From assembly GCF_039654945.1 (NCBI RefSeq), contig NW_027361880.1:1488126-1552000 (forward strand): a stretch of 63,875 nucleotides of DNA. Direction: 5' to 3'. Positions 1-11,681 of the stretch are shown piece by piece. The notes beneath the pieces are model-generated. The model saw nothing but the letters and a program-made list of their open reading frames with translations. It was not told where the DNA came from and made no database searches. The position numbers were made by a program, and so were the translations under genes. Within the stretch, counting starts at the first letter, position 1. Every line of letters begins with the position of its first letter. This stretch comes from Dendrobates tinctorius (Eukaryota).

Positions 1-650
1 CTAACCCTTAACAAAACCATACTTAACCCTAACCCTGACCCTAACCCTAACCCTAACCCTAACCCTGACCCTAACCCTTAACCAAACCATACTTAACCCT
101 AATCCTGACCCTAACCCTGACCCTAACCCTAACCCTAACCCTGACCCTAACCCTTAACAAAACCATANNNNNNNNNNNNNNNNNNNNNNNNNNNNNNNNN
201 NNNNNNNNNNNNNNNNNNNNNNNNNNNNNNNNNNNNNNNNNNNNNNNNNNNNNNNNNNNNNNNNNNNNNNNNNNNNNNNNNNNNNNNNNNNNNNNNNNNN
301 NNNNNNNNNNNNNNNNNNNNNNNNNNNNNNNNTTAACCCTAATCCTGACCCTAACCCTGACCCTAATCCTTAACAAAACCATACTTAACCCTAACCCTGA
401 CCCTAACCCTAACCCTGACCCTAACCCTAACCCTAACCCTGACCCTAACCCTAACCCTAACCCTAACCCTGACCCTAACCCTTAACAAAACCATACTTAA
501 CCCTAATCCTGACCCTAACCCTGACCCTAACCCTTAACCAAACCATACTTAACCCTAACCCTGACCCAAAACCCAACCCTAACCCTGACCCTGACCCTAA
601 CCCTAACCCTAAACCCCCTTAACTAACCCTAACTCTAACCCAAACCCCTA
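1..650 (+). repeat. Telomere-like array (CCCTAA/CCCTGA/TCCTGA variants with a recurring CTTAAC(A/C)AAACCATACTTAA spacer); assembly gap of N at 168-332
   Basis: Hexamer repeats read directly; the spacer recurs near 7, 77, 153, 369, 481 and 533. Confidence 0.9.
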
Positions 651-985
651 AATTCCATGGTTAAAAAAAAAAAACGCATATGCAAAAAAACGCTTACATG
701 AGCATGCCAGTGCACACATATGCGCATCCATAGGCTATAATGGCCATTTTTAGCGCAAAACGTGCGCATATGTGCGCATGCGCTTTTTTGCAGGGCCAAA
801 AAATGCAACATGCTGCGTCTGGAAAATCCAATCGCACACCCCAAAAAAACCGCAGCGCATGAAAATCGCATACATGCGCTTACAAGCGCGCAGGTATGCG
901 CACCCATGTTAAATATAGGGGAAAAAACGCATGCGCAGGTTAGCGTTTTTTTCCAGCGCTAAAAAACGCAAATGTGAAACCAGCC
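651..985. mobile_element. Right end of a PIF/Harbinger-type MITE
   Basis: Ends AAAACGCAAATGTGAAACCAGCC followed by TAA; same TIR as the complete element at 30572-31030; AAAACGCA motifs. Confidence 0.75.
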
Positions 986-1887
986 TAAGAGATGTTAAGT
1001 ACTTATAAGACCAAAAAGCTAGGATCTGTGACATGTTGATGTACATTGTAGAAACTTACTAGTAAAACAGATGTGCAAAGAAAATAATTGCATTTACGAC
1101 ACAGATACTTTGTGAGGTATACAGTGACATTTAAATGTCTGGATTTTGGAGAATTTTCTTTTGTATTTTTTAAAAACATTTAACATTTAACCCTCTTCAC
1201 AAAAAAAGATTGCCCAAGAAATACAAAAGCTCAGTACAGCTGTTTGTGGCAAGCAAGCACCTTGTCTAACACTGATTTCAATTTTTTTTGAGGGAGAACT
1301 ATTGTGTTTTTTCCTTTTTAGTGCATTAACAATGAAGAAAAAACATGTAATTTTAATTCAAATAAAGCAATACAGATACAATTTATACCATTTCGCTGAT
1401 CAATTACACTGTTATTGCTGTTGGTACCCCCCCCTATCTTTCCTTACCCTTATAAATAGAATCCTTGTATGATTCGCAGTCTACTAGTCTCCTCTTCTTT
1501 ACTTATGCTGTTGTTCAACTTATTACTGTCTGGTGTTTTTGTCAACTGTTTTAGGATTTTCTCTTCCTTTTTCTTTTGCTGCATTATGAGCTCTGGCATC
1601 CTCTAAATATCAAATGATCACACTTAAATAGCTGCTGCATTCATTGCTCTTGATTTTATACAGAATATAATAGCTTCTGTGCATTTTGGAGATGCCCCTT
1701 CGGTCACAGCTGTGGTCATGTCAGCCTTCCATGAAAGACGCATTCTTCTGCAATGTCTAAAAAGGTAGCGTGCATTTTTTGAATCATAAATTGTTCATAA
1801 TCCTCAGGACTTGCAAATATCATAAAATTAAAATCAAATTCAATTTGTGTCTAATCTGTTCAATCATCTGTAGTTGTAAAAGAAATT

Positions 1888-2844
1888 CTAGAAATTCCCA
1901 TGCATCTGATTTTTCTTAAAATGTTTTTGGAATGCCCCTTGAATTTCTTTGTTTCTCAAACTGTATATGAGGGGGTTTAGGAGAGGTGTAAAGCTCGTGT
2001 AAAACAGGGACAGAAGCCATTCCTTATCCGCAAGAACTTTAGATTTGGGGCGGAAATACATACAACTGCCACTTCCGTAAAACAGCAATACGACAATAAG
2101 ATGGGACACACATGTTGACAAGCCCTTCATTCTCCCACATCCTTTTGGAATACTGAGAACTGAAAACAAAATTTGAATGTAAGATCCAAATATCATTAAG
2201 AAGCAGCCGTGCATTAGGATGCCTCCAACCACAAAAACAGTAGCCTCATTAGGAAAAGTATCAATACAAGAAATCTTTAGCAAAGGTGGAATATCACAGA
2301 AGTAATGGTTGAGAACATTTGAACCACAAAAAGGCAATCTAAAAGTGTTAGCAGTATGAATTGTCCCAAAAATGAACCCAATTAGACAAGTCCCAGCTAC
2401 CATGCGGAGACAAAAAGCTCTACTCATAATGGCTGTATACCTCAATGGATTACATATAGCAACGTACCGATCATAAGCCATTGAAGCCAGTAAGGAAGAC
2501 TCAGAGGCTGCTAATGAGAGGAAGACATATAGCTGGACAATACAGGCAGGTAGGGAAATGGCTGAATGTTCTAATAATAAATTGACAAGCATCTGTGGCA
2601 GTGTTGTAGAGGTGTAGCAGATGTCTAAAAATGCCAAATTTCGAAGAAGAAAGTACATTGGTGTCTGAAGAACTTGATCTATTACTGTGAGGACAATGAT
2701 ATAAATATTACCGATTACTGTGACAAGGTATATCATCAGGAAAACAGCAAAGTACAAGCCCTTGAATTTCATGTCCGCAAAGGCATGGAAGTAGAAAACT
2801 TTAATATCTGTTCCGTTGCTCATGATTGTTACTCTTGCAGTCAT
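1888..2844 (-). CDS. Olfactory receptor OR1 (class II, OR10-like), single exon, 318 aa (or 311 aa from the second ATG at 2823)
   Basis: N-glycosylation site NGT; motifs GN, PMYFLLRNL, MAYDRYVAICNPLRY, HYFCDIPPLL, STCVSHL, PLLNPLIYSLRN; intact ORF. Confidence 0.96.
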   Translation of the reverse strand: MTARVTIMSNGTDIKVFYFHAFADMKFKGLYFAVFLMIYLVTVIGNIYIIVLTVIDQVLQTPMYFLLRNLAFLDICYTSTTLPQMLVNLLLEHSAISLPACIVQLYVFLSLAASESSLLASMAYDRYVAICNPLRYTAIMSRAFCLRMVAGTCLIGFIFGTIHTANTFRLPFCGSNVLNHYFCDIPPLLKISCIDTFPNEATVFVVGGILMHGCFLMIFGSYIQILFSVLSIPKGCGRMKGLSTCVSHLIVVLLFYGSGSCMYFRPKSKVLADKEWLLSLFYTSFTPLLNPLIYSLRNKEIQGAFQKHFKKNQMHGNF

Positions 2845-3002
2845 GTAAATGATGTGTGCATAAGGTTCGCAGGAGCATGTTGAGTCACAGTAGTTGGAAT
2901 GGACTTAATTAAAGTAACATTATTCTTGTTTGAGTTTAGGAATTCTTAATAACCACACTTCAAATCAAAAACCAGCACGTAAGACAATAAGACCAGCACC
3001 TG

Positions 3003-3100
3003 CACTTATATACACTTTGCTGTGACAGTTCAATTCCCATTTCCATTCATTTGATCTCTAAAGAGATACCTGTCTCATGAGATTTTTCAACAAGACTCTA
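3003..3100 (-). promoter_or_regulatory. Putative OR1 proximal promoter (TATA-like plus O/E-like motif)
   Basis: TATATAAG on the minus strand; TCTCATGAGA at 3073-3082; block alignable by eye with sequence upstream of OR2 and OR3. Confidence 0.4.
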
Positions 3101-4811
3101 TGTTTAGACAGATAGTTGTTTTCTGAGATCCAGTTCATTCTCAGAGCTGTATGGAAGGGGATTTTCAACATTGCCTATTGGTAACACCTGTACTTTGTAA
3201 AACATCTGTTGCCATAATGATGTTTTTATATGTGTCTTTGGATCAAACATTTCACACTTCTTTAAATCACAGCATGCTTTGTTGTTTGTGAATCTTAAAA
3301 GGGAGCTACTATGATAAAATTTTTCTACTGGCCACTAAGAAGCTTCATAGTTTTTAAGGTTGATGGCATACTTACTGTATTTCTAAAGAAAAGAATCACC
3401 GTCAATGACTATGCTTAAACCTTCCGTCCTTTAGACGTAGAGGATGACGCTTGTATTCATTGCAGGTCTAGGTGTAAAAAGATCCTTACAAAGATCTGTG
3501 AACTGCCAACCCATTCCTTAAATAACGTTGGTTGCTGTTCTCTGCACCAGCTCAAGTTCAGCTATCTCCTTCTTATACACCGAGACCAAAATTATACATG
3601 GTGTTCTAAGTGTGGCCGCACTAGTGACTTGTATAAAAACAAAAATATATTTATATCATCAGCATCTATGCTTTTTTAAAGCATCCTATTGTTTTATTAG
3701 CCTTGGCAGCAGTTGTCTGGCAATGGTCAATAAGTTAAGTTTTTCGTCCACCCATATGCCCAAGTTTTCAGTGAAAGTCACGACAATATGACACCTTTTT
3801 TGAACACATCAGTTTTCAATATGTGATGAACATTAATGTAACTTAGCATGACGACTTCTTTATTTCCCTCTATGTACTGTGACTGCTGTACTTAACACAG
3901 ATCATACTTAAATCATTTTTTAATAGTACTCAATGGGGAATAATTATCAAGACTGTATAATTTTTAGTGGAAACTTAGTTGAAACAGTCTTAAAATGTAC
4001 CAGATTTATCAGTGTTGATGGTGTTTTGTAAATCTGGCATATTTTAAGATTGATTAGTTAGGGTAAGATAGGGTATCTGTCACTATTTTATGATTTTTCA
4101 AAATATTAGCCACTTACAAATCTGAGCAGTACAATCCCTAATATCCTTGAAAGGACCCGACTGTGTAGCAAAAGTCTGAAGTTATTGGTTGTAGGGTTCC
4201 AATATGCAGAGCAGGATTCCCCAACTGTCCACATCCCACCACATAAAGAAAGTGCAATATCTTGCTCATTATTGTGAGAACTCACTTTTTGAGGTAACCC
4301 AGAGCTGCCGCATTGTTTACTAATTGGTGACGGAAAGGGTAACATGCTTAGAGCAGTTACCATTTGGTCATGTAGTAAATGATGCAGTAGTGCTGAATTA
4401 CAGCAAAGAGCAAGATCTCGCTCTCTCACTGCAAAAGGGTTGTGGGATCCCGCATTTAATGCTAGGATCCGAAAAGTTTGGCCCAAATTGACCCTTTCAA
4501 AGGGACCCTTAGGATTGTTCTGCTAACTCATTATTAAATAAAAAGAGAGGGCCCAGACTGGTAATAGTTAATCTTTAAGTTTACACCACCTATTAGATTA
4601 GATAATAGATTGTTTTAGGAATTTGTGCCTACATTTGGATGCATTTTTTGGACCTACAATGTTGCATGTTGTCCAACAAGCCAAGAGCCTTTTTGCAAGA
4701 TGCAGAAAGTGTTTAAAACACGCAATACATGTGGTGTAAATCATGACAGTTTTTTGGCTGAAATAACGGTAGAATACTGGGCATTTACCTTAATAAATAA
4801 ATATGTTTAAA

Positions 4812-5025
4812 AAGGGTCTGAATACTTATGACCATGTGATATTTCAGTTTTTCACTTATAATAAATTTGCAAAAATTTCTACATTTCGGGTTTTTTTCAG
4901 TCAAGATTTGGGTGCAGAGTGTACATTAATGAGAAAAAAATGAACTTTTTTAAATTTACCAAATAGCTCCAATGAAACAAAGAGAGAAAAATTTAGAGGG
5001 GTCCGTATACTTTCCATACCCACTG
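4812..5025. mobile_element. Solitary Tc1-type terminal inverted repeat (~210 bp)
   Basis: Ends GGGGTCCGTATACTTTCCATACCCACTG+TA; inner direct repeat GGGTCTGAATACTT (IR/DR structure). Confidence 0.7.
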
Positions 5026-5696
5026 TATGTAATAAACACAACAATAAGATTGATGTATGGTTGCTCAGTGTTGGAAAAAGTCTGCGGCCATCTCCTCACA
5101 GACGTCATTAATTTTGCCAAATAGCGCACTGGAAAATGGGAGAAAAAATTCCAAGTGTTGTGAAATTGCAAAAAAAAGTGCAATTTAACAATTGTTTTTT
5201 GGCTTTTTTATTTACCATGTTTACTAATTGCTTATCCTGCCAATGTCATTTCTCCAAGTCAGCATGAATACACAGATACCAAACATGTATAGGTTACTTA
5301 TTTTCTATTTAAGTGGTGAAAAAAATCTAAAGTTTGTAAGTAGGAAAAAAAAGTCACCATGTTCCAAGATCTGTAGTGTCTTCATTTTTTGTGTTCTAGG
5401 GCTTAGTGAGGATGTATTTTTTGCACACCGAGCTCACGTTTTTATTGATACCATTTTGGGGTAGAAACAATATTTTGATCTCCTGTTATTGCATTTTATT
5501 GCAATATTGCAAAAGACCGGAATTCAGGTGGTTTGTTTGTCCTTCTTGCTACACCATTTACCATTCGGATTAATTTACTTTATATTTTGATAGATTGGAC
5601 ATTTCTTAATGCAGTGATAACAAATAAGTATATTTAAAATTTTCTTTTTTATTGTTTTATTTTGAATTGGGGCCAAAGGCTTTGGGAGATAGGAGA

Positions 5697-7172
5697 TGCA
5701 AAGATTCTGTTGTCGGGTGTCCCGGGACCAAGGACTACTTCCCGTCACTAACACTAGGGTCGATCTAGCTCGCCCTGTTCTCTGGATTACTTCTGATGGT
5801 GAAGACGCCGGGTCCACATACTTTGCCTTAGCGCCTGAATCTGACCTCAGTCTGTACCCTTTCCCCACCTAGGGAAGAGGTGAGAAGTAGTGTAATACAC
5901 CTACCAGACTAACAAGGTAATACGAACAGGGATAACAAAAAATACCATTCATACAAATATACTTACACAAACAAATGAGAAATGCAGCGGGAAGTGGAGA
6001 ATGGGGTAAAAGTAAAGTAAGAGAAGAAGGGGAATTATCACACACCCAAAACCTAGCAACAGGTACAGATAAATCCACCAAATTCCTTCTCAAATAACAA
6101 CTATTAGGTTCTCTAGAGGTAAACCCGAGCGTGGACCCTCTGGGTCGTGATTACAGAGCCCCTGAGGGCGAGCGGACCAGGTGTGGCCACCCCCTATACA
6201 GGGAGCTTTATGTGCAAGCCCAAGGGAGATGGAACTACAACAGCTGGAGCCAAAGGGGTGACTCAGGGCTGGGCAGGAAATATATGGAGGAGTGCAGAGA
6301 GGCAAGGCGGAGGACTCTGAGGAAGGCAGAAACAGATGAACCAGGGACCAACGGAGGCTTGAGACTGCAAGAGAGGGAGAGCGGAACAAGTGAAGGTGAG
6401 CGGGAACAGGTCCTAGAATAGAGGCTGAACGGCAGAGGGAGCACAAAAGACCAGGGGAACACAGGGACAGTGAGACAGGGAGCAGAGGCAGACACAGGAG
6501 ACAAAGAGGATGGATTAGCAAGATAAGGGGCCTGAATACACAGGGAAACGCCAGGCGCACAGACGCTAGCATGGACCTAGACGATAATCAGGCACCTTAC
6601 CTGTCCCAAGGCCATGCAGAAATATCTGGTGGGCACCATCATGACTGGGGAGAGCCTCTGGGTCAGGACATCCCAGGGACACCTATGGCAGAATTAGCTC
6701 GGCCGCGCATGCGCTGACTGCTGCCTCGCCGAGACCCAGAGAAGGGAGGCGAGCGGGGGCGTGAGACAGCAGCGGGGGCGCACACTGCAGTGGAGGCATG
6801 CACAGCAGCAGAGGGGCACCAGACAGTACCGGTGGGCATGACAGTAGTGGGGGCGTGCACAGCAGTGGAGGGGCGCCGGTGTGGACCGGTGAGAGTGACA
6901 ACAACCACAAACAACCTCCAGCTATGCAGCAAAAGCTTCTCTGACAATGAGTGCTAGCCAGGGCCCAGATTATATAGGAATGAGAGTGGCTAACAGTGAA
7001 CAACTGAGCCTTAATGCAGGAAAGCTACCAGGATCTCTCAACTGAGCAGATTCACCCCTGCACTGCTAAAACAAACCTGCATCGTTTAATATGAAGGTAA
7101 AGTGTTTCTAATCAGTGCAGAACTAGGAGAAATCAGATGCTGGCTCCTCTCTATCATGGTAAGCCTGTGACA
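5697..7172. mobile_element. Solo LTR, itself interrupted by a second solo LTR
   Basis: TG...TGTGACA termini; 5-bp TSD GGAGA at 5692-5696 and 7173-7177. Confidence 0.65.
6102..6900. mobile_element. Nested solo LTR
   Basis: T(A)TTAGG...GTGACA termini; TSD ACAAC at 6097-6101 and 6901-6905; shares GGACCCTCTGGGTCGTG with the reverse complement at ~28796. Confidence 0.65.
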
Positions 7173-7634
7173 GGAGATTTACAATGGTAGGCACTAGGGT
7201 CTTATGCATACACCAGGCTGTCACAACAACACATCGTCGCCCTGCAGCCACATGACAGGGATGTCAATGGGCATGTCATCTGACACACTCCTGGTTCACG
7301 TCCGTTGAATGTTGATGTCAGAGATTGACAGCAGCATTTATCATGTTAACAGCTGCTGGTGGATCACGTGTGGCTGTTAGAGGTACATGACAGCTGGTCA
7401 GTTCAGCTGTCATGTGCAGGGAAGATACAGACGGAGGGCTAGATCCCGCGTCAAATGCAGAGATTGTAACTATACGTCCAAGTTCATAAAGGGGTTCAGG
7501 TTTTGAAACTGTTTTATTTGCCAAATGTAACATTCCCTAGCTGCCACAACAATATTACTGGCTGTTTCTGCAAATTATTTTCTTTTGTCTACCTATCTAG
7601 CAATATAATTTTTAAGGTGACAGAATTTTTGTTA

Positions 7635-8040
7635 GGCTACGTTCACACAATGTTATTTGGTGAGTTTTTAGATGTTTCAGATTTTCTGCAGCATTTCTGC
7701 ACTTATTAGATAAATTAGGTTACTTGGAATGCATTTTTCAACATGTATTTTTATCACGAATTTGACTGTGATCTTTGTATTAGTATGCAATGTTTTAAAT
7801 AAAGCTGTATTGTTTTTATATACTACCTGTATTTAGGCTTTAGCAAAGCTTTATTGAATCAGTAAGTGGAAATGCATGAAAACACATATTCATTTTTATC
7901 TACTGCACTTCTATGGGGAAAATCCACACATAAAACTCAGAGTATTTGCAAAAAAATTGGCGTGTTGTGGATTTTAAAAATGCACTGTAAGTCAGATTAT
8001 ACTGCTTAAGAAAAAAGCACAGCGAGCGTGAGATTTGTGC
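7635..8040. mobile_element. Old truncated Harbinger-type MITE (left end)
   Basis: TTA+GGCTACGTTCACAC start; no right TIR seen. Confidence 0.5.
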
Positions 8041-8059
8041 AGTGTCAAAAACTCCTTAA

Positions 8060-9001
8060 GGCTGAGTTCACAGGTGGCTTTTTTTAGCGTTTCCGTGGCG
8101 ATTTTAACCGCGTGATTTTGCTGCGAAAACGCAAAAAATAAGGATCCCATGCATTCCTATGGGATTCCGCAATGCTGTGCTAATGTTGCGGTTTTTACTG
8201 CGGCGGAATCGCTTCGCGGTAAAAACCGCAGCATGCTCATTAATTTTGCGGAATCGCGGCGATCCCGCACCCATAGGAATGCATTGTTCTGCTTACTTCC
8301 CGCATGTGGCTGTGCACACCATGCGGAAAGTAAGCAGAATATTTGCGGAAGGTACCCACGGTCCGGAGGAGAGGAGACTGTCCTCCGGGCTTTGGGTACC
8401 ATATCCCTGTAAAAAATAGAATTTAAAATAAAAAATATTGTTATTCTTACCTTCCGACGTCCCGCGCAGCCTTCCCGCTTCTCTCCACGCTCTCGTTCCC
8501 AGTAATCCTTTGCGAAAATGCCCGCGATGACGTCCGTTCTCCCGGGATCGCGAAGTCTCGCGGTCATTCGCGCGACATCATCGCGAATAACCGCGAGACA
8601 CCGTGATCCCGCGAGAACGGACGTCATCGCTGGCATTTTCGCAAAGGATTATTGGGAACGGCTGCACGGGACGTCGGAAGGTAAGAATAACACCATTTTT
8701 TATTTTTTTTACATTTTATCTTTTACTACTGATGCTGCATAGGCGGCCTCAGTAGTAAAAAGTTGGTCACACTCGTCAAACACTATGTTTGACGAATGTG
8801 ACCAACCTGTCAATCAGTTCTCCAAGCGATGCTACAGATCGTTTGGAAAACGCTAGCATTTTGCAAGCTAAATACGCTTGCAAAATGCAAGTTTTTCCGC
8901 GGGAAAATGACAGGAATTTAAAATGCGATTTTCCCGCGGAATGGAATTCCGGAATTCTCGCGGTAATTTCCGCAAAAGTTCCGGTACGTGTGAACTTAGC
9001 C
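8060..9001. mobile_element. Complete PIF/Harbinger-type MITE with a large central palindrome
   Basis: TIRs GGCTGAGTTCACA / TGTGAACTTAGCC; TAA TSD at 8057-8059 and 9002-9004. Confidence 0.85.
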
Positions 9002-9004
9002 TAA

Positions 9005-10162
9005 GCCTTTCGCGCCAGAGCCTGTTTTTGCCTTCGTGACCCGGCCAATTTTTTCAGTTCTGACCAGTGTCACTTTATGAGGTCATAACTCTAGAACGCT
9101 TCAACGGATCCCAGTGATTCTGAGACTGTTTTCTTGTGATAGATTCATGATAGTGGTAAAATTTCTTTAGTTTGACTTGCGTTTATTTGTTTAAAAAAAT
9201 TAAAATTTGGCAAAAATTGTGAAAATTTTACAATTTTCAAACTTTTAATTTTTATGCCCTTAAAACAGTCATAACATAAATAACATTTCACCTATGTCTA
9301 CTTTACATCTGCACAATTTTGGAAACCAACTTTTTTTGTTAGGAAGTTATAAGCGTTAAAAGTTGAACAGCGATTTCTCATTTTTACAACAAAATTTACA
9401 AAACCATTTTTTTAAGGGACCACCTCACATTTGAAGTGAGTTTAGGGGGACAATATGACAGAAAATACCCAAAAGTGACACCATTCTAATAACTGCACCC
9501 CTCAAGGTACCACATTCAAGAAGTTTATTAACTCTTCAGGTGCTTCACATGAATGAATAGAATGTGGAAGGAAAAAATAAACATTTAACTTGTTAAATGG
9601 GAAAATGAACCACAAACTTTTTTGTGCAATTTCTTCTGAATATGCTGATACCCCATATGTGGGGGTAAACCACTGTTTGGGAGCACAGCAGAGCTCGGAA
9701 GGGATGGAGCGCCGTTTTACTTTTTCAGCGCAGAATTTGCTAAAATTGAGATCGGACACCATGTCACGTTTGGAGAGCCCCTGATGTGCCTAAACAGTGG
9801 AAACCTCCCAAAAGTGATGCTATTTTGGAAACTAGACCACCCAAGGAACTTATTTAGATGTGTGGTGAGCACTTTGAACCCCCATGTGTTTCCCTAAAGT
9901 TTATAATGTAGTTAAATAAATTCCACAAAAAATGATCTTTTAGCCCCCATTTTTTTTTATTTTCACAAGAGTAACAGGAGATATTGGACTACAAAAGTTG
10001 TTGTCCAATTTGTTCTGAGTATGCTGGTATCCCATATGTGGGAGAAAACTGTTTGGGAGCACAGTGGGGCTCGGAAGGGAAGTAGTGACGTTTTAGAATG
10101 CAGACTTTGATGGAATAGTCTGTGGGCTTCATGTTGCGTTTGCAAAGCCGCTGATGTGCCTA
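9005..10162. mobile_element. piggyBac-like (TTAA) non-autonomous repeat fragment
   Basis: Reverse-complement homologous to 45785-46145 and 52981-53812, and related to 16248-16830. Confidence 0.55.
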
Positions 10163-11661
10163 TGTCACGATGAGGGTTTGTAGGTTGTATGACCTTTGAC
10201 CAGTACATGGCTATCACATGGACAGGGGGCTTACCTTAGTTATCCCACCACTGCCACAATGTGATGAAAAACAGCAAGCTAATCTTGCCCTAACAATTTA
10301 CCGCAGGGGGGCTTATTTTAGTTATCCCACCACTGCCAACATTGTGTTACGAACTGCCGGGATTTATAAATATCCCACTTTTCAGTTCCACTTTGGAACT
10401 CGCAGCTCTCCGGTGCCCCCCTTACCCTCAGGTCAGTCAGGGAACTGCACCTAGGGGAATTAGTCGCCGGACGGGCTACTTGTTGTGCTCTGGCTATTAG
10501 GCATGCTGCTGCAAGGGAATTATAAATGCTTTGGCCACAGCCACACAATCAGCTTATAAAACCCACTCTGTCACTGCCAGCGCTACCCACCTAGCCAAAA
10601 CACACTTCGCTGCCACCAGCTTCTGATTTCTATGTTAATATTTTAAATTAATACAGGGGTTCTGAAGCCAACCCAAATTAGTAGCGTAAATAACTTTTAG
10701 GCAAGTGAATTCGTCATAGAGCAAGGAGATACGAGACTAATAATTTTATAATTTAATCCCAAAAGATAGGCAGTGTTTACAGAAGATATAAAAAAGATTT
10801 TACAATATGAGACAATTATATCATGTACACAGCAATTACAAATAAACAAAAGAGGATTAAGACATAAACACTCACATGGTACTTAGTTCATCTCAGGGAC
10901 ACCAGGCTGGGGGATGGGTGACACATTCCAATGCATCAGAAGGTCTGGTTACAGCAGCTCCCCAGGCAAGAAGTGACTGCACATGGAGGGAAAGTACCTT
11001 ATACCTTTGGTCATTTGACATCACTAAAGGGACTGGGTTTCCGGCTCCCTCCCCTAGCTCAGAGTTACAGATCTGGTTCTGAAAACTTATAATAATGATA
11101 TCTCGCAGAGGGTACCTCGCATGGAAATGCACATACTATCATCTTATCCAGCTTGTCGCTGACATTCATTCAAAACCAAACATGAAGTATCAGGCTGCAC
11201 CAGCTGTGCAGGAATCCACTTCTCGGATTCCATTGAAGTTAGAACTGGGAAAAACACAGGTTAAATTGTCCTGTCGAAGAACGTTCCAAATATGTAGTTT
11301 TCAATTTTCTAGCAAAACCTCCCACTGTTTTATGACCAAATGATTAGATTCTCATTATTGTCTATGGGGAGTCAGAGCACATGAGAGGACAAAGAAGCCC
11401 CCTGCTGTGAGGCAGGAAATCATTCACTGGTATCTCAGGTTACACTGAGTGTGTGTGCAGGCTGGGGGGAGGAAACAAGGAGGGGTGGACAGTGTCAGGC
11501 TGTGAGTGAGCAGAAATTCGCAGGCAAAGGGAAAAGAACAGGGGGGAAAAACCCTCATCACTGGCATAGCAGAGTTCAGTATGTGAATAGAAGAGTCTGG
11601 AATGTTCCAGAAAATGTGATAATCAGGGGAATCTTACGTCATATTTTACATTATCGTTACA
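10163..11661 (-). mobile_element. 3' LTR (~1.5 kb) of the Gmr1-like Gypsy element
   Basis: On the minus strand, PPT AAAAAGGGGGAGG is immediately followed by TGTAACG; ends CGTGACA. Confidence 0.8.
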
Positions 11662-11681
11662 CCTCCCCCTTTTTGAGTGCG

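Larger units (their letters stand above)
5110..7498. mobile_element. Degenerate non-autonomous TTAA/piggyBac-like element hosting nested LTRs
   Basis: Terminus AAGGGGTTCA resembles the AAGGGGTTAA ends seen at ~24445 and ~46145; interrupted by the LTR at 5697-7172. Confidence 0.45.

Noticed and set aside
71-382. RV-repeat ORF
   Set aside because: Translation of telomere-like hexamers across an N gap
6097-6905. Same TSD ACAAC at two solo LTRs (6102 and 36329) as evidence of site specificity
   Set aside because: Different LTR families; the same-family copy at 48078 uses GTCACC, so coincidence is likely
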